A stretch of 64,000 nucleotides of DNA. It comes from Thermodesulfobacteriota bacterium. GTDB lineage: Bacteria > Desulfobacterota > Desulfobulbia > Desulfobulbales > SURF-16. The notes under the pieces are model-generated. The model was not told the origin of the DNA and searched no databases. It was given only the letters and a program-made list of their open reading frames with translations. Where the stretch lies: the NCBI GenBank assembly GCA_049323655.1, contig JBMONO010000034.1, positions 113,653-177,652 on the forward strand. Reading direction: 5' to 3'. Positions 11,394-19,164 of the stretch are shown here, one piece after another (positions within the stretch are counted from its first letter, which is position 1; each line of letters starts with the position of its first letter). Both the position numbers and the translations under genes were made by a program.

Positions 11394-12383
11394 ATGCAAT
11401 CACCCGATAACGAGAAAGCCCGATCATTCTCGGCCCAGCATGGCTTTGCTCTGGTGGTGGTCATTGTCATCATGCTGCTGATCTCGTTTCTTGCCGGCCA
11501 ACTCATCATGAACGTCCGGGCCGAGCTACGGGTGGCGGCTAACAGCAGGGATCGGGCCGCCGGACTGGCGCTGGCCCATGCCGGGGTCAATCTGGCCCTG
11601 TTCAGAATCCTCGACAAGCCGGTTGAAATTCTCGGGGACGATGAGGAAATTTTCGTCGAAGGATATGCATATGACGGCTTTCTCCCCACCGGGCATTTCC
11701 GCTATTATGTCGTGAACGAATCTGGTAAAATCGACTTGAATGCCTTCAACCCTACCCTGCTGGAATATTTTCTCGAATATATGCAGATCGACGCCCCGGA
11801 AAGGGAAATCATCATCGATTCACTTTATGACTGGCAGGACAGTGATAGTCTCCATCGCCTGCAGGGCGCAGAACTCGAAACCTACCAGGAGTTGGACGAC
11901 CCGTATATCCCCCGCAACGGCAAGATGGTCGAGCCTTCGGAATTCTTTCTGGTGCATGGCACCGCTTCGCTGGCCGGCAGATTTGTGGCGGGCGACGTCT
12001 TTACCACCCGCAACCGCACGGATAAGGTGAATTTCAACAGCCTCACCCCTCTTATGCTGGATTTTCTGACAGAAAACGACGAGGAGAAAAAGAAGGCTTA
12101 CCGAGAAGCCCAGGAGCTTTACGGCAACCTGACTGAGGCCCAGGCCAGGCAGATCCTCGGAGAGACACGGTTCAGTCAGATCGGTGATGCTCTCGTTTAC
12201 AGCGCCGGCAACAATAAATTTTACACGGTTGTGGTCCGCGGCGAACCGGGTGTGGATGAGCAGACCCTGATCGATCGGGAGGAAGAGGGGATCGCTCCGC
12301 CGGTGGGGCATGAGGTGCGCGCTCTTTTCGAACTGCGCGGCAGCAGGATAACCTATTATGGCTGGCAGGAAGGATGGTCATGA
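11394..12383 (+). CDS. GspK-like pseudopilin
   Basis: 329 aa. N-terminus QHG/FALVVVIVIMLLISFLAGQL lacks the Glu5 equivalent, as in GspK. Position after the H/J/I-like genes fits. Confidence 0.7.
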   Translation: MQSPDNEKARSFSAQHGFALVVVIVIMLLISFLAGQLIMNVRAELRVAANSRDRAAGLALAHAGVNLALFRILDKPVEILGDDEEIFVEGYAYDGFLPTGHFRYYVVNESGKIDLNAFNPTLLEYFLEYMQIDAPEREIIIDSLYDWQDSDSLHRLQGAELETYQELDDPYIPRNGKMVEPSEFFLVHGTASLAGRFVAGDVFTTRNRTDKVNFNSLTPLMLDFLTENDEEKKKAYREAQELYGNLTEAQARQILGETRFSQIGDALVYSAGNNKFYTVVVRGEPGVDEQTLIDREEEGIAPPVGHEVRALFELRGSRITYYGWQEGWS

Positions 12384-13522
12384 AGGAGGGCGTCGAGATC
12401 TTCATTCGGCCCCATGACCTTGAAATGCGGGCGTCCTTCAAAAAGGAGACGGAGACTGTTGCCTTGCCGGTCAGCGACATCGGTGCCCTGCTCACCGGTT
12501 TCTGTGCCCCGAGAAATCCTGCCGGACTGCGCGCCACCTTTTACCTGTCCGAGGATCTCCTGTTTTTTAAGAAATTCGGCCTGCCGCTGAAAACCAGCGA
12601 TATCCGCGAAGCGGTGGGCTATCAACTGACCATGCTCGCCCCTTTTGAGGGTAGAGTGCTCCATGGGTATGCCGCCAGCCGGGGCAAGCAGGAGTATACC
12701 GTCTGCCTGTATGTCCTGCCCGAGGAGAAGGCGCTTCCCTGGTTGGAAGAGGCGGCGGCGCTGGGTTTTCACCTGGACGGGCTCTTCCCGGAGAGCCAGC
12801 GCTATGTCACCCGGCACGGCAAAAAAAGAAACTGGAGCCTGCTGCTGCCCGGTCGTTTTCCCATGCTCTTCCTCTTTTCCGACGCTACCATCCGTGACCG
12901 GATTCTTTGTCATGACCTGCCGAGCGCCGATCAGCTCAGCAAACTCGAACCAGGTGAGGTAATTTACTCTCCTGAACCTCCACCCGAAAGCACCTTTCAG
13001 GACAGCGCTCCGTTGCTGGCCGAGGCGCCGCTGCACAAGGAATTCAATCTGCTGCCCGCTTCCTTCCGCCGGCCGGATTATCTGCGCTATGCGCTTGTAA
13101 CCCTCTGCCTGCTCAATGTCATTGCCTTGGTGATGGTAGGCGTGATCAAGGAGCATTCCCTGCTTTCGCAACTGCGGATGGTGGAGGAAGAGATAGCCGC
13201 CCTGGAGCCGCAGATCGAGGAGGTGGAGAAGCTTCGTCTTCAGGAAAACAGCCTGAGCGAAGCAATTCAACGCATTGAGGGGATCGGGCAGAATTTTGAT
13301 ATGATCGGTTTTTTTGATAAGGTCACCCAGACCCTGCCGAAAAACAGCTATCTCGATCAGGTCCGCATGGATGAAAAAACGGGGGCCATCCAGTTGCAGG
13401 GCTACACCGATGATATCGCCGAACTGACCAGCCAGCTCGATGCCCTCAATCAGGCCAAGTTAAAATCGACCAGCCGCCGCAAGAACCAGACGTATTTTCA
13501 TGTGGAGGTCGGCGGCAAATGA
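12374..13522 (+). CDS. GspL-like / PilM-PilN-like fusion inner-membrane assembly protein
   Basis: 382 aa. Cytoplasmic N-domain, a single TM (YALVTLCLLNVIALVMVGVI), then a coiled coil and a PilN-like periplasmic domain. The call rests mainly on architecture and position. Confidence 0.5.
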   Translation: MVMKEGVEIFIRPHDLEMRASFKKETETVALPVSDIGALLTGFCAPRNPAGLRATFYLSEDLLFFKKFGLPLKTSDIREAVGYQLTMLAPFEGRVLHGYAASRGKQEYTVCLYVLPEEKALPWLEEAAALGFHLDGLFPESQRYVTRHGKKRNWSLLLPGRFPMLFLFSDATIRDRILCHDLPSADQLSKLEPGEVIYSPEPPPESTFQDSAPLLAEAPLHKEFNLLPASFRRPDYLRYALVTLCLLNVIALVMVGVIKEHSLLSQLRMVEEEIAALEPQIEEVEKLRLQENSLSEAIQRIEGIGQNFDMIGFFDKVTQTLPKNSYLDQVRMDEKTGAIQLQGYTDDIAELTSQLDALNQAKLKSTSRRKNQTYFHVEVGGK

Positions 13523-14094
13523 ACCGGCTCTTTCTCTTTATCCAGGGGCTTGATCGCAAGGCGCTCCTGCTCATCCTCGGCGCCCTGCTGCTGGTCTTCA
13601 ACCTCGGGCGGCTGGCATGGGGGACATACCAGGGGCAGCTGGAAGAATTGCAGGCCAAGCATGATCTCCTCGCCCAGTATCAGGAAACCGTCTTTTCTCT
13701 TCCGGCCCTGAAGAAAAAGGTGGCGCGGTTGCAACAGCGGTCGGACCAGCTGAAAAAAAAGCTGTTCGTCGCCGCCTCCGAAGAGGAGGTTTCCTCCATC
13801 ATGCAGATCATGTTGCAGGAACTGGTGACAAAAAGCGGACTGGAGCCGGAATCGATCAGACCGCTGATCACGGGCGGCAAAAGCGCACCCCGCGATTTTC
13901 ATGAAATCGCGATCAAGATGCGGCTGTCGGGAACCATGAACCAGTTCATGGCATTCATCAGCGACCTGTACCGTTCCGACCGGCTGTTTCGGATTGAAAG
14001 TTTCACCTTGAAGCCTTACAAAAAAGCAGAGATGAAAGTTTTTCTCGATATCAAGGGGTATTACGCACTCTCGGGGCAGGCTGTAACAGAATAG
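13519..14094 (+). CDS. GspM/PilO-like assembly protein
   Basis: 191 aa. N-terminal TM, coiled coil, and a C-terminal ferredoxin-like block (IAIKMRLSGTMNQFMAFISDLYRSDRLFRIESFTL). ATGA overlap with the upstream gene. Confidence 0.55.
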   Translation: MNRLFLFIQGLDRKALLLILGALLLVFNLGRLAWGTYQGQLEELQAKHDLLAQYQETVFSLPALKKKVARLQQRSDQLKKKLFVAASEEEVSSIMQIMLQELVTKSGLEPESIRPLITGGKSAPRDFHEIAIKMRLSGTMNQFMAFISDLYRSDRLFRIESFTLKPYKKAEMKVFLDIKGYYALSGQAVTE

Positions 14095-14145
14095 GCAGCG
14101 ATTTGCCCCGCGATAAACCGTTGGAAATAAAAAACGATAACATTC

Positions 14146-14190
14146 TTCATTGTCGGAATCGTAAGAAGCCACGATTCCGAACGGCCCCTG
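14146..14190 (-). repeat. Y-type short hairpin repeat (inverted copy)
   Basis: The plus strand reads TTCATTGTCGGAATCGTAAGAAGCCACGATTCCGAACGGCCCC. Stem TCGGAATCG / CGATTCCGA. Its reverse complement aligns with the 15093-15134 copy. Confidence 0.65.
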
Positions 14191-14226
14191 AGTCCCCTGC
14201 GTGACCACGGGGTTTCGGGTACATTA

Positions 14227-14994
14227 ATGGTTAAAGTCATCGCAATCGTTATTCTGGCTCTCTCGTTTCTTCTTTTGCTCAGGGAGGCGTTCATGTCCGC
14301 TCGCCCTGAGGATGGGGCCGACGGGCCACCTGTTGCCGCCAAGAGCAAACCGCAGCCGGTGGTGCCGCAGGAAAAATCATTGCCCTTTTACCCGCCGGTG
14401 CCGACGGTCCTGCCTGATTTGAATCAGGGTTATCTGTTTAACGCGGAACGATTTCTGCCGGGGGAAAAGGACAGCGTTACACCTGCCGAGGAAGACGGGG
14501 AAGCAGGCACCGAGGTGGCGGTCGATATCGAAACCATGTTTTACGCGGGCTCCATCATCACTGGTGATGTTCGTAAGGGGCTGATTGTCTATCCTGCTCT
14601 GGCCGGGCCGGCAACACCGGCGCAAAAAGGAGAACCTGTTGTCGCAGCGGCCTCGCCCCAAAAGCCCAGGAAGTATGCGGAAATTGCGCCGGGGGACACG
14701 GTCAGCGGCTACTCGGTCGTAGCGGTTGAAGCGGATCGCCTTGTCCTGCAAAAAGGTGAGGAAACCATCGAGAAACTGCTGAACGATCCGAAAAAAGAGC
14801 GGATTGTCCCACCACCACCGCCGAAACCCCAGGCTGCGCCAAAACCGGCGGCCCCTCCGGCAGCAACACCTGCGGTGACCCGTGCCACCGGAGTGTCGCC
14901 CGCGGTTCGGAGAACGCCGCCGACGCAACGTGTTAATGCGCCGCGGCGGCTGCCGGCCAACATGTCGATACAGGTGCCCGGCTCGCCGCGATGA
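14227..14994 (+). CDS. GspC/PilP-like periplasmic protein with Pro/Ala-rich tail
   Basis: 255 aa. N-terminal TM. Central block GDTVSGYSVVAVEADRLVLQKGEE resembles the GspC HR / PilP domain. PPPPPKPQAAPKPAAPPAA tail. Confidence 0.45.
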   Translation: MVKVIAIVILALSFLLLLREAFMSARPEDGADGPPVAAKSKPQPVVPQEKSLPFYPPVPTVLPDLNQGYLFNAERFLPGEKDSVTPAEEDGEAGTEVAVDIETMFYAGSIITGDVRKGLIVYPALAGPATPAQKGEPVVAAASPQKPRKYAEIAPGDTVSGYSVVAVEADRLVLQKGEETIEKLLNDPKKERIVPPPPPKPQAAPKPAAPPAATPAVTRATGVSPAVRRTPPTQRVNAPRRLPANMSIQVPGSPR

Positions 14995-15018
14995 CAGGAG
15001 AGACGAACTGCTCTTCCT

Positions 15019-15100
15019 GAAAAGATGATGGTCTTGCAAAATCCCGCAATACATGGCAGGCAGAAATGTGAAAACAACGAATTACAAAACATGGCCCTTC
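15019..15100 (+). repeat. X-type intergenic repeat, copy 1
   Basis: GAAAAGATGATGGTCTTGCAAAATCCCGCAATACATGGCAGGCAGAAATGTGAAAACAACGAATTACAAAACATGGCCCTTC. Alignable by eye with 36570-36650. Confidence 0.75.
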
Positions 15101-15134
15101 GGCATCGTGGTGTATTACGATTTCGACAAAAGAT
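15093..15134 (+). repeat. Y-type short hairpin repeat
   Basis: GGCCCTTCGGCATCGTGGTGTATTACGATTTCGACAAAAGATG. Joins X copy 1 to Z copy 1. Confidence 0.65.
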
Positions 15135-15137
15135 GAT

Positions 15138-15262
15138 GAAATCGTAATAACTGAAAATTAACCACAGAGACCGCAGAGCGCACAGAGATAACTTGTCGTA
15201 ACCAAAGATATTTTCTCTGCGCCCGTAACTCTTTCTGTGGTGAAAAAAGACTTTTTACGGGT
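15138..15262 (+). repeat. Z-type palindromic intergenic repeat, copy 1
   Basis: GAAATCGTAATAACTGAAAATTAACCACAGAGACCGCAGAGCGCACAGAG ... CTCTGCGCCC..TTTCTGTGGTGAAAAAAGACTTTTTACGG. Lies between the gspC-like gene and the secretin. Confidence 0.85.
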
Positions 15263-15281
15263 TTGTCAAAAAAGGTACCTT

Positions 15282-17519
15282 ATGGAAAGAAGCGCAAGCA
15301 CCCTGATCTCGTCGTCCCACCGAGGAGCGCATGCCGTCCCGGCCCTTCTTGTTCTCATCGGTCTTCTGCTGCTGGCCGGTTGCGCCGGCCGCTCCCGGAT
15401 CGACATGCCGGAAATCGACTTAAAGAGCGCCAGCGAGTCCATTGCCCGTGATCCCAGCAGGTCTCCCATGCTGGAAGTTGAGGAAGAACGGGCCAAGCGG
15501 CAGCCGCCGCCCAGGGTTCGTGATATTGACCTAACCCGGACCAAGGGGGGGGGGGACGAGGGTGCAGTCACGGCGAGAAGCTTGCAACGTGACGAGAGTG
15601 CTGAAAAAGAGACAAAGGCAGAGGCGGAAGAGGGGATCATGCTCAATTTCGACAATGCCGACATCTATGAAGTCATCCAGATCATTGCCGCCACCCTGAA
15701 TATCAACTATATCATCGATCCCCAGGTCAAGGGTGTCGTCAATATTCATTCCGGCAGCAAGATTCCCAAGGATCAGCTGCCGGCCGTCTTCAGGAAGATC
15801 CTCCATATCAATGGTCTGGATATCCGCAGCGAAGGCGATTATGAATATATTTACGTCGCCAAGCGGGCCGGGGCGCAGATCGTCAACAGCCCGGACAGCA
15901 TTGCGAAACTCAGCGATTCGCCCCGCTTCATCACTCAGGTCATTTCGCTTTCCCATGTCGCCTCGGCTGAGGCCTTTAAAATCGTGGAACCCTATCTCTC
16001 GGCGCAGGGGTCGGTCTATGATCTGACTGACCAGAACACCCTGCTGGTCAGCGATTTTGAAAGCAAGGTGGTGGATGTTCTGCGCCTGCTTGCCAAAATC
16101 GACGTCTCAGCCCTTGCCTCCCTGCACATCAAACTGGTTCGGGTTGATAACGCTCCGGTTTTCGATTTGCGTGATGAACTGACCGAGATCTTCATTGCTC
16201 TGAAAATCAATCGGAAGGATTATGAAGGCATTTCCGTCGTCCCTCTGGAGCGAATCAACTCGCTGATGCTGATCAGCAATGATCCTGAGCAGCTCGAAAA
16301 CGGCGTGACCTGGATCAGGGAACTCGATGTCGAGCCGTCCCAGGACCGGGACAACATCTATATCTATAATGTCCGGAATTCGGTGGCCTCCGAACTGTCC
16401 GAGCTGATCAACGAACTGCTCACCGAAAAGGAGCCGCAGTCCAGTGAGACTGTGGCGCGGACGAGCAAGGATCCCCTCTCGTCATCTCTCCCTGACCGGG
16501 ATGACCCGGCCGCCGCCAGAGCAAAAGCAACAACACAGCAGAGTGCCCGGAAAAAAACCACTGCCGAAGGCGGGAAGGCGCCGTTGTCAAGCCTGCGGTT
16601 TGTCGGCACGCCGGTGGTTTTTGCCAATGACGACCGGAATATCATCCTCATCCGCGCCCTGCCGGCTGATTACAGCCGCATCGTCAAACTGCTGGAACGG
16701 CTTGACAACCTGCCGCGCCAGGTGCTGGTTGAGGTGCTCATTGCCGAAATCGAGCTGCAGAATGAACTGGAACTGGGGGTCGAATGGTTTGTCTCCAGCC
16801 AGAAATGGTCCCTCGGCACCCAGTTCTCCGCCGTCGGAATGACCGGCGAAAATGCCTTTCCAAGTGGTTTTTCCTATGCCTTCAGTTACGGCGATGTCGA
16901 GGGTTTCCTCCAGGCGCTCGCGACCAAGAGCGATTTCGCCATCCTCTCCTCCCCCCAGGTGCTGGTGCTCAACAACGAAAAGGCAACGGTCAACGTCGGC
17001 AAGCAGGTGCCCATCGTCACCACGGTAACGGAAAACATCACCACTACCAGCCAGGTGGATAAAACCGTCCAGTACCAGGACACCGGCGTCATTCTTGAGG
17101 TCACCCCCCAGATCAACTACAACGGCATTATTCTTCTCGAAGTAAGCCAGACGGTCAGCAAGGCCCAGGAAAACACTACCTCGGACATCAGCTCCCCCGA
17201 GATTTCCAAGCGCGAGTTGACAACCAAGCTGGCGGTCAAAAACGGGCAGACCATACTGATGGGCGGCATGATCGATAAAAATACCTCGACGATCAAAAGC
17301 GGCGTTCCGCTCCTCATGGACATTCCGCTATTGGGCAATATTTTTAAATATCAGAAGGATACCACCCGGAAGACGGAACTGCTTATCATCATCACTCCGT
17401 TTGTAATTGAATCCGAGGATGTGCTTGATCAGTACGTTCGAGCTTTTGAGGAAAGGATGGCCCGGCTGCGCCCCCATCTGCACGAGCCCATTGGCGACAA
17501 CCCACGACAACAATGGTAA
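15282..17519 (+). CDS. gspD: Outer-membrane secretin (GspD/PilQ family), probable lipoprotein
   Basis: Secretin C-domain signature (GVPLLMDIPLLGNIFKY...ELLIIITPFVI) and N-domains. Start moved to ATG 15282 because the ORF-track start 15237 lies inside a repeat element. Lipobox LLLAGC. Confidence 0.9.
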   Translation: MERSASTLISSSHRGAHAVPALLVLIGLLLLAGCAGRSRIDMPEIDLKSASESIARDPSRSPMLEVEEERAKRQPPPRVRDIDLTRTKGGGDEGAVTARSLQRDESAEKETKAEAEEGIMLNFDNADIYEVIQIIAATLNINYIIDPQVKGVVNIHSGSKIPKDQLPAVFRKILHINGLDIRSEGDYEYIYVAKRAGAQIVNSPDSIAKLSDSPRFITQVISLSHVASAEAFKIVEPYLSAQGSVYDLTDQNTLLVSDFESKVVDVLRLLAKIDVSALASLHIKLVRVDNAPVFDLRDELTEIFIALKINRKDYEGISVVPLERINSLMLISNDPEQLENGVTWIRELDVEPSQDRDNIYIYNVRNSVASELSELINELLTEKEPQSSETVARTSKDPLSSSLPDRDDPAAARAKATTQQSARKKTTAEGGKAPLSSLRFVGTPVVFANDDRNIILIRALPADYSRIVKLLERLDNLPRQVLVEVLIAEIELQNELELGVEWFVSSQKWSLGTQFSAVGMTGENAFPSGFSYAFSYGDVEGFLQALATKSDFAILSSPQVLVLNNEKATVNVGKQVPIVTTVTENITTTSQVDKTVQYQDTGVILEVTPQINYNGIILLEVSQTVSKAQENTTSDISSPEISKRELTTKLAVKNGQTILMGGMIDKNTSTIKSGVPLLMDIPLLGNIFKYQKDTTRKTELLIIITPFVIESEDVLDQYVRAFEERMARLRPHLHEPIGDNPRQQW

Positions 17520-17526
17520 AAACGAT

Positions 17527-17859
17527 ATGAGACAGATAGTCATCGATGAACTCAGCCCGGAGGAACGGGCCAATCTTGACAGCTACCTGAAGAGGACGGT
17601 CAAACAGGGAGGAATGGAGGGGATGTTCTGGCTTGCCGTGCCGGATGATCTGCTTGCTTCCGCCCAGCAGGGCCATGAAGAATGCGGCCCGTTTTTTTTC
17701 GGCATTGAGCTGGCGGAGAAAAAACTCATTGTCGAGCTGCTGGTCCGCAGTCAGAGTAATCTCCATTGCTCGTGCATCAGTTACGCCAGCCCGGCCCAGC
17801 GAAATTTTCTCCTTGAATTCCTCGATCGGATGCTGACCGAAGAACGGATCAGGGCCTGA
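17527..17859 (+). CDS. Hypothetical 110-aa protein appended to the secretion cluster
   Basis: ATG 8 nt after the secretin stop. I do not recognise a family. The ORF-track start 17407 overlaps the secretin. Confidence 0.5.
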   Translation: MRQIVIDELSPEERANLDSYLKRTVKQGGMEGMFWLAVPDDLLASAQQGHEECGPFFFGIELAEKKLIVELLVRSQSNLHCSCISYASPAQRNFLLEFLDRMLTEERIRA

Positions 17860-17875
17860 TGGTTTGAACGAACCG

Positions 17876-17909
17876 AAAAAAAACTCCCGTCGGAGAGTTC
17901 CGACGGGAG
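17876..17909 (-). terminator. Rho-independent terminator of the tusA-dsrE-chp operon (hairpin usable from both strands)
   Basis: CTCCCGTCGG / CCGACGGGAG stem (17884-17893 / 17900-17909). The A8 run at 17876-17883 gives a T8 tail on the minus strand. Confidence 0.7.
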
Positions 17910-17954
17910 TCATGGCCCACCCGCAAGGGCGTCACCCTTGCGTGACTTATTTTC

Positions 17955-18128
17955 TCACCACCAGCAGATGGTCTGATCTGCCGCATAAAGCATGTCGACC
18001 AGCTTGTCGTAATCCGGGGACTCGACGTTGAGGTTGAAGGATTCGTTTTCACGTCCTTCGGAGACGATCGCCACCAGTTTTTTGACCTCATCATTGGGCT
18101 CGGAACGGTATACATGAAGGATTTTCAT
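17955..18128 (-). CDS. 57-aa TusB/DsrH-like mini protein (chp2 of the YTD-type cluster); absent from the ORF track
   Basis: ATG 18128 with AGGAGA upstream, TGA at 17955-17957. Translation: MKILHVYRSEPNDEVKKLVAIVSEGRENESFNLNVESPDYDKLVDMLYAADQTICWW. Both ends resemble TusB/DsrH (MLHTLHRSP...LLSEGDE ... DYTDFVRL...W). Confidence 0.6.
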   Translation of the reverse strand: MKILHVYRSEPNDEVKKLVAIVSEGRENESFNLNVESPDYDKLVDMLYAADQTICWW

Positions 18129-18167
18129 AGCGTGCTGTTCTCCTGGTAAAATCTTCAGTGAATCACA

Positions 18168-18488
18168 TCAGCTCTTGTCGCTGCGCATGATGCCGTAGGG
18201 AACGATGACATCCATTTCCCGCAGTTTCTGGCCGAGCTCCTCGAGGGTGATCTTGACCAGGCCGTACTTTTCGACATTGCCGTCGGGAATGCTGTAGATT
18301 TCGCCTTCCATGTCGCGGATCCAGTCGATGTTTTCCTTGTGGTATTCCGTCATCTGCTCTTCTTCGATTTCGTTGTTGATGACGACGCCGTAGGCGTACA
18401 TGTTTTCAACGGCAAGGCCAAGGGCGGATCTGACGCCATCCAGGATATACTCGCGGCTGGGGTACATAAAGCAAACTTTTTTTGACAT
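18168..18488 (-). CDS. DsrE/DsrF-fold protein (chp1 of the YTD-type cluster, DsrF/TusC-like)
   Basis: 106 aa. ALGLAVENMYAYGVVI block typical of the DsrE/F/H fold. No obvious active-site Cys. Lies between the dsrE-like gene and the mini dsrH-like gene. Confidence 0.6.
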   Translation of the reverse strand: MSKKVCFMYPSREYILDGVRSALGLAVENMYAYGVVINNEIEEEQMTEYHKENIDWIRDMEGEIYSIPDGNVEKYGLVKITLEELGQKLREMDVIVPYGIMRSDKS

Positions 18489-18498
18489 CGTCGCCTCC

Positions 18499-18816
18499 TT
18501 ATAAGGTCAGGTAGCAGTCATAGTCTTCGACAATGGCGCCATGCTGGGCCTGGGTCGCCATCTTTTCCTGGGTCAGACCGGCCGGAATATCGGCGACATC
18601 ATAGCCCATTTTCTTGTAACTGTCGGCGCAGATGGAGACATCGACGTTGTCCATGTCACAAAGCTGCTTGAACGTCGGACACTTGGTCAGATGGGTCGAC
18701 ATCCAGGTAAAGAACACCTTAACCTTCGCCCCCTTGGCAACACCGGCCTTGGTGATGCCGAGGATGTGTCGCATGTTCTGGGGAGACGTTACAAAAATCC
18801 CGATACTTTTTGCCAT
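18499..18816 (-). CDS. DsrE-like sulfur-relay protein
   Basis: 105 aa. DsrE/TusD-like fold with a conserved Cys in VDVSICADSYKKMGY. Adjacent to tusA. Confidence 0.75.
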   Translation of the reverse strand: MAKSIGIFVTSPQNMRHILGITKAGVAKGAKVKVFFTWMSTHLTKCPTFKQLCDMDNVDVSICADSYKKMGYDVADIPAGLTQEKMATQAQHGAIVEDYDCYLTL

Positions 18817-18906
18817 TTGCTTCCTCCATGTAGTTCAAATGATCGAACGACGCGACCAGCGCGGGTCGTGCCGCTCCGTCCGCCAAACAGGTGAGGGGTC
18901 AGTCAC

Positions 18907-19164
18907 CTATTTTTTCTTGATGAAGAAACGGAAGTAGCCGGATTCTTCTTTCTCGCCCACGAACTCATGACCGGCCCTGGTGCACCAGCCCGGCAGGTCG
19001 TTGCGGGAACCGGGATCGGTGCCGAGGATTTCGAGGATCTGGCCGGAGCTGATTTTGTCGATTTCCTTTTTGGTCCGCAGCAGGGGCATGGGGCAGCTCA
19101 ATCCTTTCGCGTCAAGGGTACGATCTGCTTTGATATCGGCCGGTGCTTGTTTAAAGTCGCTCAT
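18907..19164 (-). CDS. tusA: TusA-family sulfurtransferase
   Basis: 85 aa. Canonical LDAKGLSCPMPLLRTKK motif (CPxP). Confidence 0.9.
   Translation of the reverse strand: MSDFKQAPADIKADRTLDAKGLSCPMPLLRTKKEIDKISSGQILEILGTDPGSRNDLPGWCTRAGHEFVGEKEESGYFRFFIKKK

Noticed and set aside
15237-15281. GTG start giving the secretin the N-terminus MVKKDFLRVCQKRYL.
   Set aside because: These 15 codons are the right arm of the Z repeat (CTGTGGTGAAAAAAGACTTTTTACGG). The same pseudo-peptide appears wherever the repeat occurs. ATG 15282 gives a normal lipoprotein signal peptide.
17849-18115. 88-aa ORF listed in the track downstream of the DsrE/F-like genes.
   Set aside because: It has no ribosome-binding site and a Ser/Pro/Trp/Arg-rich sequence, and it reads straight through the terminator hairpin. 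The overlapping 57-aa frame (17955..18128) has an RBS, stops before the terminator and resembles TusB/DsrH.
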